64,000 nt of DNA from Octopus bimaculoides (lineage: Eukaryota): positions 64,885,013 to 64,949,012 of the forward strand of contig NC_068984.1 in assembly GCF_001194135.2 (NCBI RefSeq), in the 5' to 3' direction. Position 1 is the stretch's first letter. Each line of letters opens with the position of its first letter. The notes beneath the pieces are model-generated. The model worked only from the letters and a program-made list of their open reading frames with translations. It did no database searches and was not told where the DNA came from. The translations under genes and the position numbers were made by a program. This document shows positions 1 to 12,729 of this stretch, piece after piece.

Positions 1-253
1 ATTATTATTATTATTATTATTATTATTACCTTCCAACCCACAGCCAAACCTCTTCCAATGCCTCTTAATATCAACAAGATGAAATCAATACAAAACAGCT
101 AATGAAATATGAAGCACATCTGACTAATTTATCTTCTGATAATATCTTATCTGCTTTGCAAGAAACTCAACAGAACAATGCAACTATACTACAAATTAAA
201 GAAAAAAAAAAAAAAACAGAATAGAAAACTACAACAGAAATGATATGAGAAAT

Positions 254-291
<38 letters not shown>

Positions 292-474
292 AAATAAAAA
301 AAACAAGTAAACAAAAAATAAATAAGAAAATAACAAAATGAATAAAAATGAAAATATAGACAAATAAATATAAGAATAAATAAATTATACAACACAATGT
401 ATGAATAAACGAAGAATTAAGAAAGAAAAAAAGTTGTAAATATAAGTGGCAGAGAAAAAAATTATGAAATAAAA

Positions 475-505
<31 letters not shown>

Positions 506-1157
506 TAAACAAAAACGTGAAAAATCAAGAGAAATGAATCCTTTAAAGATTGCGAAGATGGTATTACAGAATTATTAGCCAGACTTAGAGCTGATCATTT
601 AGAAATTAGTAAATGATCAAAGAGTGAATGAGAGTATGATAAAGAAAAGTAGCATAGTTGTAGTAATCTATAAAAATGTGTCTGATAGACCTGTTATGTA
701 TTTCGCACACTACTGGTCACTGCACTCAGTTATTTCTGCGAAAGCAGTACAAAGCTTAACAGAGATGTCTTTTAGGATATCATGCATAGTACATAAGTGT
801 GTAATTATAACTACACAGATGTGTGTGTGTGTGTGTGAGTTTGCAAATGGGTGAGAAAAAATGATTAGGAAGTAAGAGAAAGAGAGAACATGGTTAAACA
901 GTGTATGAGTATTGGACATCAAGAATCCTGTCAGCCACTATAGATTTTTGATTTTCATGTGTTTTTGCACAGTGAATACACACAATCAGATGGAAATAAG
1001 ATTGATCAGTGATTAGCAGAATTGATCTGTAGTAATTTGTTCCACTGACAAAAATTTTACAATTTTTATAAATACATCACAAAAATAATGAATCAGTAAA
1101 AATGGTTGGTTGGTTGCTGTTACTATTATTATTATTATTATTATTATTATCATCATC

Positions 1158-1251
1158 AAGGCAGAATTGTTAGCACACTGCACAAAATATTTTGTGGAAT
1201 TTCATCCATCTGCATGATCTGAGTTCCAATTCTGCCAAGATTGACTTCGCC
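1158..1251 (+). mobile_element. SINE family A 5' head, directly joined to the R4/Dong-like fragment
   Basis: ggcagaattgttagc...ctgagttccaattctgccaagattgacttcgcc matches the heads at 37200 and 62702. Confidence 0.6.
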
Positions 1252-2075
1252 TGTAGCAAACAAGCTGATGTAGACCAGAATCACACTTATCAGTGGCTAC
1301 GGAGCTCAGGGCTAAAGGAAGGGAGTAAAGGCTTTATATTGGCTGCTCAAAATCAGAGCTTATGGATCCAGAACTATCAAGCCAACATGATGAAAAATGA
1401 TGTAGACCCAAAGTGCCAGTACTACAATGATAGAATTGAAACAGTGGACCACCTAATTTCTGGATGTAAGGTTTTAGCACTTGTAGAGTACAAATCAAGT
1501 CATGACAGAGTTGGCCAATATCTACATTGGATAATGTGTCAGCATTATGAAATCAAAACTGCTGACAAATAGTACAAGCACCACCCTGAGGCTGTAACTG
1601 AGGGAGAAAATGTACAGACCAGACCATGAAAGCACATAAATCGGATACTATTGTGAAAGACCAAAACTATAAAGTCTGTTTATTGATTGACATGAGCATA
1701 CCCTGTAACCGTAATATCTCAGCAAAAGAATTTGATAAACACATTGAAATTGAAAAGATGTGACATCTCAAGAGAGTTACAATACCAGTGATTGTAGGAG
1801 CACTTGGAATGATCAAAAAAGAAACTGAAAATAATTTAAGATCCAGGTTTACCATCCATGCAGGAAGAGCAAAAGATTGTCTTAACAGGTATGTCACACA
1901 TTCTGAGAAGAGCATTGTCGCTGTGAATTTTCTTTCCTTTTTCCCATTTATTTTCTTTGTTTACTTTTATTAATTTTTCCTTTTCCTCTCTGTCTTTCCC
2001 TTTTTGTCTATCACACGACTTTGTAAATGAACAATCCAGTGTTTATCTTAATGGCCTACCAATGTATACAATGCC
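1252..2075 (+). mobile_element. 5'-truncated R4/Dong-like non-LTR retrotransposon (CCHC knuckle + restriction-like endonuclease + 3' UTR), decayed
   Basis: QWLRSSGLK, GFILAAQNQSL, C-x2-(Y)...ETVDHLISGC, HDRVGQYLHW, downstream (K)PD-like/IDMSIP and PVIVGALG motifs, with stops and frameshifts. Confidence 0.85.
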
Positions 2076-2134
2076 CTAGGTGTCAGGAAGACACTCAGCA
2101 AGAAATGGAAACAGAATTGAAAGATGATAATGAA

Positions 2135-2183
<49 letters not shown>

Positions 2184-2737
2184 GCCCTGATGCTGTACCA
2201 GACAGTGGCTCTCATGGGCTTCTGATCTTATCTGATTGGAAGTGTAATCATGTACATTATTTTGTTTTGGTATAAAAGATGAGCTACAGCAAATATTCTG
2301 CTCAATACCAAAGATTTGCTTGTCAGTTGTTTGACCTTAACCAGTTGAGCATGTTTCTTAGTGGCTGACGATATGTGCATCTCTGATCACCAGCAGAAGT
2401 AGTGGGGTAGCATCATAGACATGTGTCAAGAGAAATTCTTTAGGATTTGGATAATTTACCTCTGGAAACATAGGTGTTTCATTCAACATCTTTAAAAACC
2501 CTTATTCTGGGACTTTTTGATCAGGATGGTCTACTTGCCGAGAAGAAAATTCTAACTGGGCCCCACTTGCAAGGTCATGCTCTGTTTATCTTCATATGAG
2601 ATCACCATGTTGCACACATATTGTTGTGATGCCTGTGCCTGGTGTACCTTCATCAGACAGGTAGTCATAATGGGTATAATGGGCTTCGTATATTTTACCT
2701 TAGTATCACTTTGATGGCATGCACTGCTCTCTTACTC

Positions 2738-2787
<50 letters not shown>

Positions 2788-2800
2788 TAATAATAATAAT
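2135..2800. repeat. (AAT)n microsatellites 2135-2183 and 2738-2800 bracketing the non-coding retroposon
   Basis: Direct observation. Confidence 0.95.
2185..2737 (+). mobile_element. About 550-bp non-coding retroposon flanked by (AAT)n on both sides
   Basis: A second copy at 38260-38605 has the same 5' start. No ORF and no recognisable Pol III boxes. Confidence 0.75.
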
Positions 2801-3082
2801 CGCAAGGTTGTGAGTTCAATTCTTGGTGATGGGTTGTATTCTTGAGCAAGACACTTTATTTCATGTTGCTCCAGTTCACTTAGCTGACAAAAACGAGTAG
2901 TACCTGTATTCCAAAAGGCCAACCTAATCACACTCTGCATCATGCTGAATCCCTGAGAACTATGTTAAGGGTACATGTGTCTGTGGATTGCTCAGCCACA
3001 TGCATGTTAATTTCATGAGCAAGCTGTTCCATCGACTGGATCAACTAGAATCCTTGTTTTCATAACCGATGGAGTGCCACAA
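2801..3082 (+). mobile_element. SINE family C variant (different middle segment, same tail)
   Basis: gagaactatgttaagggtacatgtgtctgtgga...ggagtgcca shared with 15385-15770. Confidence 0.75.
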
Positions 3083-5796
3083 TTATTATTATTATTATTT
3101 CTTTTGATCCAGAAGTTGCCAAGCTGCTTTATTAAGTCCCTTTATAATCTATCTCTAAATAATCCAAAATATGTACGTTAGAAGAGTTATATAAATATAC
3201 CATAAAAATATCTCACAAAATAGAGATGTTAGCATAAGACATATTGTTCTGAAGATTCATAAATTATCATGTTATATTCTAGTCAAACTAGTCAAGCTGA
3301 GAATTGAAGTGTGATGCAGAAAAAATATATCTGTAAGCTAAAACCAAAGTTTTGGGCTTGGCTTGAAAGCATTACACAACAGTAATCAAAATCTAAAATA
3401 GTATTTTGTAGGATGGTGGCATATTTGATCATCTTTCAAACAATCAAACATATATGTTGCAACAGAGGAATAAGCCTGCTACAGTTACTGGTTATGATGA
3501 AAAGCTTCATAGTATGAGACAGTTATCAATGTTATGGTAGTAGCTGTGGCAGCTTTGTTACAATCATGCCACCAAAAAATGCATGGTGCGCAAATTAGTC
3601 TAGCCATTACAGTTAAGTCTAGTTTATGTTTGATTTCAGTAGCTATTTGGTATATTTGCTATATGTCCTTTTTGTGAGTGAACAAATGTGGGGTTATTTG
3701 TTCTCAGACGAGGTCTTAATGAACTATGAAACATGTCTCCTTTATTTTTCTATGTATGAAGGGAATGAAGAAAATGAAGTGTTCTCATATGTTTACAGTT
3801 CCCCATTTAAAGGTTTAAAAACTATAGTTTAACTACTTTGAATTTATCTTTTGCTTTTTAATACACAATGTGTTATGCCTAAATATTTAAAAATTATATA
3901 TATGCAGATAGATAATGTACATACATACATATATATGAGTGTGTGAGTGTGTGTGTATATATATGCATATGTATGTACTCATATATGTATATATTTATGC
4001 AGATATATATATACATAAATATATATACACACACAAACACACATATATGTATATATAGTCCAATGATAAAACTCCAAAGTCACTGTCAATACTATTCTTG
4101 TTAAAGAATAATAAATGAATACTCTATAAAAGAATTGAATAATCCTTAATTTTAATGTAAAATTGTTTTTGTTATAACTTAAAATAAAAAAAAAACAGAC
4201 ACTAAAATATATATACATATATATGCATGTACAATGGAAATTGAAAGAACCAAATTCTATATGTCTCTGTGTGTTTCCTTGTCTGACATCATATGATAGT
4301 TGTAAATGTGCGTCACTGTCAAACAAGCAGTGTTTTTAATTTTCATTATTCTGTGAGAACATGTTTGGCCATGGGGAAATATAACCTTGCTTGAAAACAG
4401 GTGAGGGTTACTGACAGGAAGAGCATCTGGCTGTAGAAAATCTGCCTCGAATAAACTCTGTCTGACTCATGCAAGCATGGAAAAGTGGATGTGAAATGAT
4501 GCTGATGCAAACCAAATACAAACATTATTCTCAACTCTCTTTCTCAACATAAAAGTTTTTATCATCTCATCAGGCAGGTTTGGGCAGACTACACCATGCT
4601 AATGAGATATAATAGATGCAGACATACCCATTGTTATCATTATCAATTGCCCCTTCCAGGCAAACACAGACTAAACATTCCTCTAAGCAGGTAAATTAAT
4701 TTAAAAATATTAATTCTTAATTCTCTGAAATTATATCTTCTTTCCTTTGAAAGTAACTAACAATTACTGCTATATTTCTTTTTTTTGTTTTTTTTTGTTT
4801 TTCCAAACTAACAGGAAAATTTCAATTAATTAATTAATTAACTTTTTTTTGCATACTGCATTATCTGGCCCATTTGAGTTCTTTGCATCAATCAGGTAAT
4901 TTTTTTTTTGTATATAATGTATGCATGCATCTTTTTTATATTGTGTATTTTGCACTGCAAAAATATAATTGTGCTCAATAGCCTTTTCTATCAGAACTGT
5001 GCAGAGTCTAATATATGTTTGTCATTTTAAGTTGAATAGGGTTACATATACCAACCAAAATTATAAGCAATCAGTTAGTCTGTGCACATCAGTACATTGA
5101 AAAGTGTGTATTTATGTTCATTTGCATCCATATATGTATGCAGGCACACAAACACACAGAGGAAAATTCTTGAATCAAAATCAAAGAGAACTGAAATCTG
5201 AAGAGTTGAATATGACTGTAGAGCATATGGAGTTTATACTCACTCCCTATCTTCATATTAAGCAAGGCTGTTTCCTTGATGATACCAAAGCCCTGTCTTT
5301 TCACAGACTAACACCTTAATCTTTGTTGTTAAGTTTGCCTCAGCCCCCCCCCCCNNNNNNNNNNNNNNNNNNNNNNNNNNNNNNNNNNNNNNNNNNNNNN
5401 NNNNNNNNNNNNNNNNNNNNNNNNNNNNNNNNNNNNNNNNNNNNNNNNNNNNNNNNNNNNNNNNNNNNNNNNNNNNNNNNNNNNNNNNNNNNNNNNNNNN
5501 NNNNNNNNNNNNNNNNNNNNNNNNNNNNNNNNNNNNNNNNNNNNNNNNNNNNNNNNNNNNNNNNNNNNNNNNNNNNNNNNNNNNNNNNNNNNNNNNNNNN
5601 NNNNNNNNNNNNNNNNNNNNNNNNNNNNNNNNNNNNNNNNNNNNNNNNNNNNNNNNNNNNNNNNNNNNNNNNNNNNNNNNNNNNNNNNNNNNNNNNNNNN
5701 NNNNNNNNNNNNNNNNNNNNNNNNNNNNNNNNNNNNNNNNNNNNNNNNNNNNNNNNNNNNNNNNNNNNNNNNNNNNNNNNNNNNNNNNNNNNNNNN

Positions 5797-5827
<31 letters not shown>

Positions 5828-5828
<1 letters not shown>

Positions 5829-5965
5829 GGAAGGGCATCCAGCTGTAGAAACTCTGCCAAATTAGATTGGAGCCTGGTGTAGCCATCCGGTTGCACCAGT
5901 CCTCAGTCAAATCGTCCAACCCATGCTAGCATGGAAAGTGGACGTTAAACGATGATGATGATGAT
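5828..5965 (+). mobile_element. RTE-tailed SINE/LINE 3' end (family D) with (GAT)n tail
   Basis: ggaagggcatccagctgtagaaac...catgctagcatggaaagtggacgttaaacgatgatg. Near-identical to 42355-42520 and 43425-43540. Other family D copies lie at about 4365-4510, 20440-20760, 31100-31330 and 49925-50110. Confidence 0.8.
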
Positions 5966-6063
5966 AGACAAAAATATAGAATAACCCATTAAATTAAAGT
6001 AAAATAGTATTTATTATAACTGAACATAAAAACAAACATTTGTGTATATTCTTTTATTTTTTG

Positions 6064-6395
6064 ATTTGTTTCAGTCATCTGACTGTGGCCATGCCGGAGC
6101 AGCACCTTTATTGAACAAACTGACCTCAGGACTTATTCTTTGTAAGCCTAGTACTTATTCTATCAGTCTCTTTTGCCAAACTTCTTAGTTATGGGGATGA
6201 AAACACACCAACATCGGTTGTCAAGCGATGCTGGTGGGGGGCCAAACAGAAGCACACAAATACACACCAAATCCACTCACAAAGGTTTGGTCAGCCCAAG
6301 GCTATAGTAGAAGACTCTTGTCAAAGGTTCCACACAGTGGGACTGAACATGGAACGATGTGGTTGATAAGCAAGCTACTTACCACACAACAACTC
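6064..6395 (-). mobile_element. SINE family B
   Basis: Reverse complement of 14309-14700 along most of its length. Confidence 0.8.
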
Positions 6396-6560
6396 CTGAA
6401 CATATAGCTAACCCTGCGAAACTGAATATTACCAATTGGTTGATAACTGATGAAGAATTACAGACCTTCTGTTTGTCCCCTGTTCAGTATACGTTATGTC
6501 GCTTGTTTACCATACATTCTTTTTATTTATTAATTAATGGAAGGCAACATATGCCAAATT

Positions 6561-6618
<58 letters not shown>

Positions 6619-9370
6619 AAAGTGAAATTATGTATTAAAAGTTAAGGTTTGCTTAACTATAAAATATAATGAGCCAATGCTGGAACTTTGCGCTAATCGG
6701 TAAGACTGAACCAAGAGGGAAATTATAAGACAATGAGGAAGTCTGTATATGGTTACTCGACCTAAATACAATCAGTATCCGAATTTCACTCCAATCACAT
6801 GAAGACTAACCATCTTAAAAATAGAGAACAAGCTGCATAATGGTGTCCTAGACACACTATTTCTGAATAAAAACAGGAAGGTCTCAACTAGAACCTTTTT
6901 GATCATAGGTCTGTTTGATCACAACTAACTTGAGGTTAAAAGACAACATCAACAATGTGATAGTGAAGAAATACATTAAAAGAAACAAATAAAACAATAG
7001 AATAAATTTTATTATTCCACTGTTTGAATTATTTGCATTACTTTTTACCAATGGAGAACATTACTAGTTTCCTTGGATTTTACTGCTTTACTACATATTA
7101 AGAGAATCTTACACTCAAAACAACTAAAACAGTTTTATTTGTAAATGCCAGCATAAAACTCTGTCGAAAAGGAGCCTGAACCAGATAATTCAAGAATGTA
7201 AATCTTTGACTGGGAAGAAAGCCTACTGAATATTCATTACCTGCTTGTGAAGATCAGAACTTATCAGACTATAGTGATACCACTAGTTAATTACAATTTT
7301 GCAGATTTGTTTTTAGTTTTGTAATATTATTATTTAATATAATTTTTTTTTCCATGTATTATTTTTTTGTCGTTTGTGTTTCTTTCCTAAGAGACCAATA
7401 ATCACAATATAATGTATTCCAATGAATAATAAAACAAATGAATATATTCCAATGAATAAGAAATTTCAGAAAAGAAATTCAAATAGAAAACTAAAACAAA
7501 TTAGTGATTACATAAAGGTCAAAATTTATCTTTTCAATGTAAAATATATTGAAGAGATAAATAGAGATAGAGAGAGATGAAGAGCAAAGGTGAGACAGAG
7601 AAAGAGAGGTAAAGAGGTTGAATGAGTGAGAAAAAGAAAGAGAGAAGGGTAAAAAAATTAGCCACCCACTGAGAATAGCAACATTTGATAAGCTTCCTAT
7701 TTACTATGCTTTTGTAGATTGATATATCACCAATCAGAATAGATAAAAGAATTTCTCTCAATGTAGAATTTTCATGTTATTATCATATAAAAGAAAATTT
7801 ACTGAAGAGTATTACAACAGATGAATTTTTAACTCCCATTACCCAGTACATTGGCATGCAATAAATATATTTAAATACCTATTGTATTTTTTAACATAAC
7901 ACTAATAGTGTTTATTAATTAAGAAATTCAGCTTTAGATATAACCAAAGCTTGAAAATTCTTCAGATAACCATATCATGTATGAAATATAGCTCAGAATA
8001 GTAACAAGCAAAAAAAAGGTACCCTCCAGCCTTCATCAGGTGTCTTGGAGGAAAAAAGAAGGTAATTGAACACAGTTGGACAGTAGTACAGAATTTCAAC
8101 AACATTTGGTAAATAACATTCATGAGGTAAGTTTTATGTTCCAGAGCAAAATGTAAGCATAACAGCCTGTAATGGAGCAGACTTTGAACAATCAGTATTT
8201 TTGAGACTTAGAGCTTGTGACAACTTAGCCATACAACAATCTCAAGTGGACTAATTTCTTGTATATTTCTTGACTTGTGTGAATTACGATTGTTTAATGA
8301 TTGTTTACATGAGAATAAAGTAGTAACAGCCCTAAAAATATATATGGAGGTAAATTAAAGATAGATTTAGGTTTACCAATTATATATATTACTAATTAGA
8401 TTCATACACTTAGTCATAAGTATATTTCTGATAAGAATTCTACATATATTGATCTGAAAATATAAAAAATGTATTTCTTCATATTTTTGTGACATTGCAT
8501 GGCACATAGATATGGGTTCATACTCTTCCTTAATGACAATTAGATACATAAAATTGAGTTTGAGAGGCAATGAGGCTGCAAATAACATTGGGTGAAATAA
8601 CAAATACTACACACACACACACGCACACACACACAAACAAACAAACAAACAGATAAACAATCTAGACAATAACTGATGGAGATAGGATTTCAGAGAAAAC
8701 AATTTATGTTTTGGTTTCATAGAAATGAAAACAGTTCATTTTAAATATCTCATTTAAAGCAAAACAAAGAATAAGACATTAACAATACACCCCTGATAAC
8801 ATTTCTTAGCTCTCTAAATTTTGAGTAAGTTCCTAGTACTTTGAGAATCTAAATTAAAGAGAGCTTTCATCTATCAATCAGCTACTTACCCCATTAAGGA
8901 ATAATGCCCAATAATTTACACATGTAAGGAGATAGTAAAAGAAATATCTCAAAGGTGTAATTAGCAGCTCAATGAATGAGGTAATTAATGTTAAAACACT
9001 TATTATGCTAATTGGTTACAATCTACATCAAACCTTGTAGTTGTGAACAAATCACTTCGCTTTCCTTCCACAGATACACGACTGTTCCCTTTCTAATGAG
9101 TAGGGAATCATACACATATGATAGACATTTTAGAATTTTCAACTAAACGTACTGTAACTATTTGAAAATAATATCCATATTTACAAATTAGACGAGTGGA
9201 TTATTGACTAAAACAACAAATTTCTTATACTTGAATTTTAAACTGATGTATGTATGAGTGTGTGACAGAATAACTTAATAGGAAAATGGTATCATATGGA
9301 TAATAGTAACGATGATGCATGTCTGGTTATCTTGAAAAAAAAATCAGATGGAGGGAAGAAAGAAACTCAC

Positions 9371-9413
9371 ACAAAGAAATATACAGTAATGCAGCGATTG
9401 TGTCTCTCTTCAT
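9371..9413 (-). CDS. Candidate first coding exon with signal-peptide-like sequence MKRDTIAALLYISL (phase 1)
   Basis: ATG at 9413, 14 codons + 1 nt, then strong donor |gtgagt. Basic N-terminus plus hydrophobic stretch. Short, so it could be chance. Confidence 0.3.
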
Positions 9414-11344
9414 CTCACAATAAATTACCAGTGTTCTTAACCTAGATGCTAGAGACAATCACATTCAATGTACTCATAAACAGATTTCTCATCCAAGTTG
9501 GGGCTTAGATTTAGATAAATGTACATGATTATTCCCAGAGTTAAAATATGCTGGTTACATGAATACATTTGGAAAATATGTTTCCCTTCATATTTTTTTC
9601 TTATCATATACATTTATTTTAATTTTTGGCTTGACAGATAGAAGCATAAAAGTCTTTTTGAAATGTTGTAATTGAAAAAAATTGTCAAATGAAATAAAAT
9701 ACATTAGAATATTTTTCATTTTATTTATTTATTCTTATTTTCTTCTAAGAAAATAAAGTATTTAGAAATTTTAATCCATGATTAGAGGGAACCTGAGTTG
9801 CACCTGCCATTTCTTAACTGATATAAAATTGCTGTTGGCTGCTTCTGCTAATACAGAAGGTGGAAATATTTTCTTCACACATCCTTATTATCACTTTACT
9901 TATACAAAATGTCATCAGTTGGCAGTATCTCTGGTTACATAGAACTGTGATCTGTGATTCAAATCTGACAAGAGAACAATCTTTGTAGACTTTGTAGATG
10001 CTAAATCCTTGATTTTAATCAATGCTCTTTTCTAAACATTTTAGAGATGTGTGTGAGAAATAAGGGAAAAGGTGAAATGCAAAATCTAACAGTATAGTCA
10101 TGTTTGTATAAACATGTGTGTATATACAGTGTATTTGTATGTGCTTGTGTTAGCACGTATCAGCAGAGATATGCAATAAATACATAGATTTACACTAAAA
10201 TACAAAACTGCATACTTTTACACAAGCATGTACACATTTTCAAATTTCAAGTTCATTTCTGTTGGAACATTTTCAAGCAGGAATCTAATTTTTCTGCCAG
10301 AGTACTGTCTGTGAACTGAACTGCTTTTAATATTTTGAGAACTTTTTACATAATTCCCCACTTTCCTTGAAAGATAAACTAAATGCTCTTGAAAACAGCT
10401 GAACATTAAATCATATCCTTGCCATCCAAAATTCCAGTAGTTTGTTGACCAGGTTACATAGAAATGAGACATAAATCAATTTCTTATTATAAGTTTTCAA
10501 TAAAGCCGATAAAATATTTAAGAATTCACATATCCACGCAGGCACAGACACACACATATCTTAATGATATATAAGTAGGTAGATAAAAAAAAAACTCAGG
10601 TTGTACTGAAAGCTCTTAGCCTCAACTTGATCAAAAAATGAAACAAAAACATTACAAATATTCAGTACAACCTAGTATTTAGATTGTAGAAACTATTGAT
10701 ATTGGTAACTTGGAATGTTTTCTAATATTGATAAAATAAATATAAACTAGTTATGTTTTATGTATTTTTTTTGTAAACTTTTAGTTGAGCCAGCTCATTG
10801 TAGTTCTGGTTATACTGAAACCTGATATTGCAATTCTTTTTTTAATTTTATTTGATAAACATAAATATATTGCAGTGAAGGCTACTTTTTTTCTCTCTTT
10901 TTTTTTCTAGAAAGAAAAAGGAATATAATTGATACATTCAACTTCAGTATATAGAAAAGGTGTTTACTATATTGATCCTGATGGAATGAAAATCAATCTG
11001 GATAGAATTTGAATGTAAAACCGATAAAAGATAGAATGCATCCCTTCCTCAATTCTAATGCAATTTATATGTATTTCACCATGTTCAATATTTCGAACAT
11101 AAGGACTATCAAAATAGGATAAAGAATTAGATTTTCACTTTATATAATATACATATCAACATTGTTTTTAATCACTCTTAGGCTGATAAAAAAATAAATA
11201 CCAGTAATTTACCATCAACAAGTTTAACTTGGTTCCAGCTGCTTTTTCACAAGACTAAAACCAACAAAAAATGCATTGAATAATAATAATGATGATGATG
11301 ATGATAATAATAATAATAATGATAATAATAATAATAATAATAAT

Positions 11345-11557
11345 AGCCAAGATATAGACAAATGGTTGAAGGAGATTGAAATAGAATGTCCAGTAGATCT
11401 CCTCCAGAAAGTTTGTCTCTTAGGGACAGCAAGGATTATCAGGAGGGTTCTAAGCACTTGAAAGATTGCTGAGAACTTGTGGATACTTAAGGTTAATGGT
11501 AGTAACCCGCTATCCACATAATTTCTACCAGGAATAAGACTGAACCTGAGCCAACCC
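11345..11557 (+). mobile_element. Very short 3' end of a second R4/Dong-like family embedded in (AAT/GAT)n
   Basis: DKWLKEIEIECPVDLLQKVCLLGTARIIRRVLST* is the typical C-terminus of RLE-type LINE ORFs. Microsatellite on both sides. Confidence 0.75.
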
Positions 11558-11609
11558 AAAATAATAATAATGATGTTGATGATGATGATGATAATAATAA
11601 TAATAATTC

Positions 11610-11790
11610 TTTCTACTGCAGGCACAAAGGCTAAATTACAGGGGAAGGGGGCTAGTTACTTACATTGACCCCGGTACTTGACTTGTATATATTTTATTGA
11701 CCCTGAAATGACGAAAGGCAATAGTGACCTAGGCAGAATTTGAACACTGAACCTAAACTCAGAAGAAATGTTACAAAGTATTATATTCAG
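11610..11790 (-). mobile_element. SINE family A
   Basis: Contains gaaaggcaa...ggcagaatttgaac, the reverse complement of the family A core. Confidence 0.7.
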
Positions 11791-11819
11791 TGAAATAATA
11801 ATAATATTAAAAATAAAAG

Positions 11820-12700
11820 CACATGAACAATTGGTTGGTAAATAAGAGCAGCAACTTCTGCATGGCAAATATTTAGCCAACAGTAAACAAGCTAATGTTG
11901 ACAGAAGTATAACTATCAGTGGGTGCAAGGCTCAGGGATAAAGACAGAGAGTGAAGGTTTCATCTTAGATGCTCAAGATCAAAGCTTATTGACTTGAAAT
12001 GTGATGAAAAATGAAGTAGATTCAAAGTGCTGATTCTGCAATGATGAAATTGAAACAGTGAACCACTTAATTTCTGCATGTAAAGTTTTAGCACCAGTTG
12101 AGTATAACTGAAGATATGACAGAGTTGGCTAATATCTATGCTGGCTATTATGTTGGCATTATAAAATTAAAACTGTTGACAAGGAGTATAAGAATCATCC
12201 TGAGGCTGTAACTGTGAGAGAAAATGTATTGATTCTTTGGGTCTTCCCAGTAAATAGAACCAGAGCTATGAAAGCTAATAAACTGGATATTCTTATAAAA
12301 GACCAAAATAATAAAGTCTGTTTATCAATTGACATGAGTATCCCTTGTGATCATAATATTTTGGCAAAAGAATTTGACAAGCTCAGAAAATATAAAGATA
12401 TGCTCATTGAAATCGAAAAAATGTGACATCTCAAGGCAATTACAATACCAGTGGTGGCAAGAGTACTAGGAATGACCAAAAGAGAAACTGATTTGAGAAA
12501 TGATACCAGGTTTACGATGTTAGCAAGAAGTGCAAAAGATTGTTTTAACTGGTATGTAACATGTATTGAGAAGAACATTGTGACTGTAGAAAAGATTAAC
12601 TTCCATGTAAATAATTTTTTTGTACACATAACTTTATTTGATTTTGTAAATGAAAACTCTGGTGAATTTATTTTAATGGCCTATCAATATACACAATGAA
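11820..12700 (+). mobile_element. Second copy of the same R4/Dong-like 3' fragment
   Basis: Collinear with 1252-2075 (ETVNHLISAC, KANKLDILIKDQNNKVCLSIDMSIPCD, shared 3' UTR ending aatggcct...atacaatg). Confidence 0.85.
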
Positions 12701-12729
12701 TTTCTTTACCATAGCCATTAGGAAGGCAC

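Noticed and set aside
29-170. Possible minus-strand exon or retroposon 3' end running into (AAT)n
   Set aside because: Stops occur in most frames and there is no second copy in the window, so it cannot be assigned.
6420-6460. GAAA followed by CTGATGA (possible type II hammerhead)
   Set aside because: Stems I and II cannot be formed. The same applies to isolated CTGATGA hits near 4577, 9914, 18058, 39087, 40286 and 43827, which lack a correctly placed GAAA.
10218-10472. 84-aa minus-strand ORF
   Set aside because: No domain signature and no convincing donor site.
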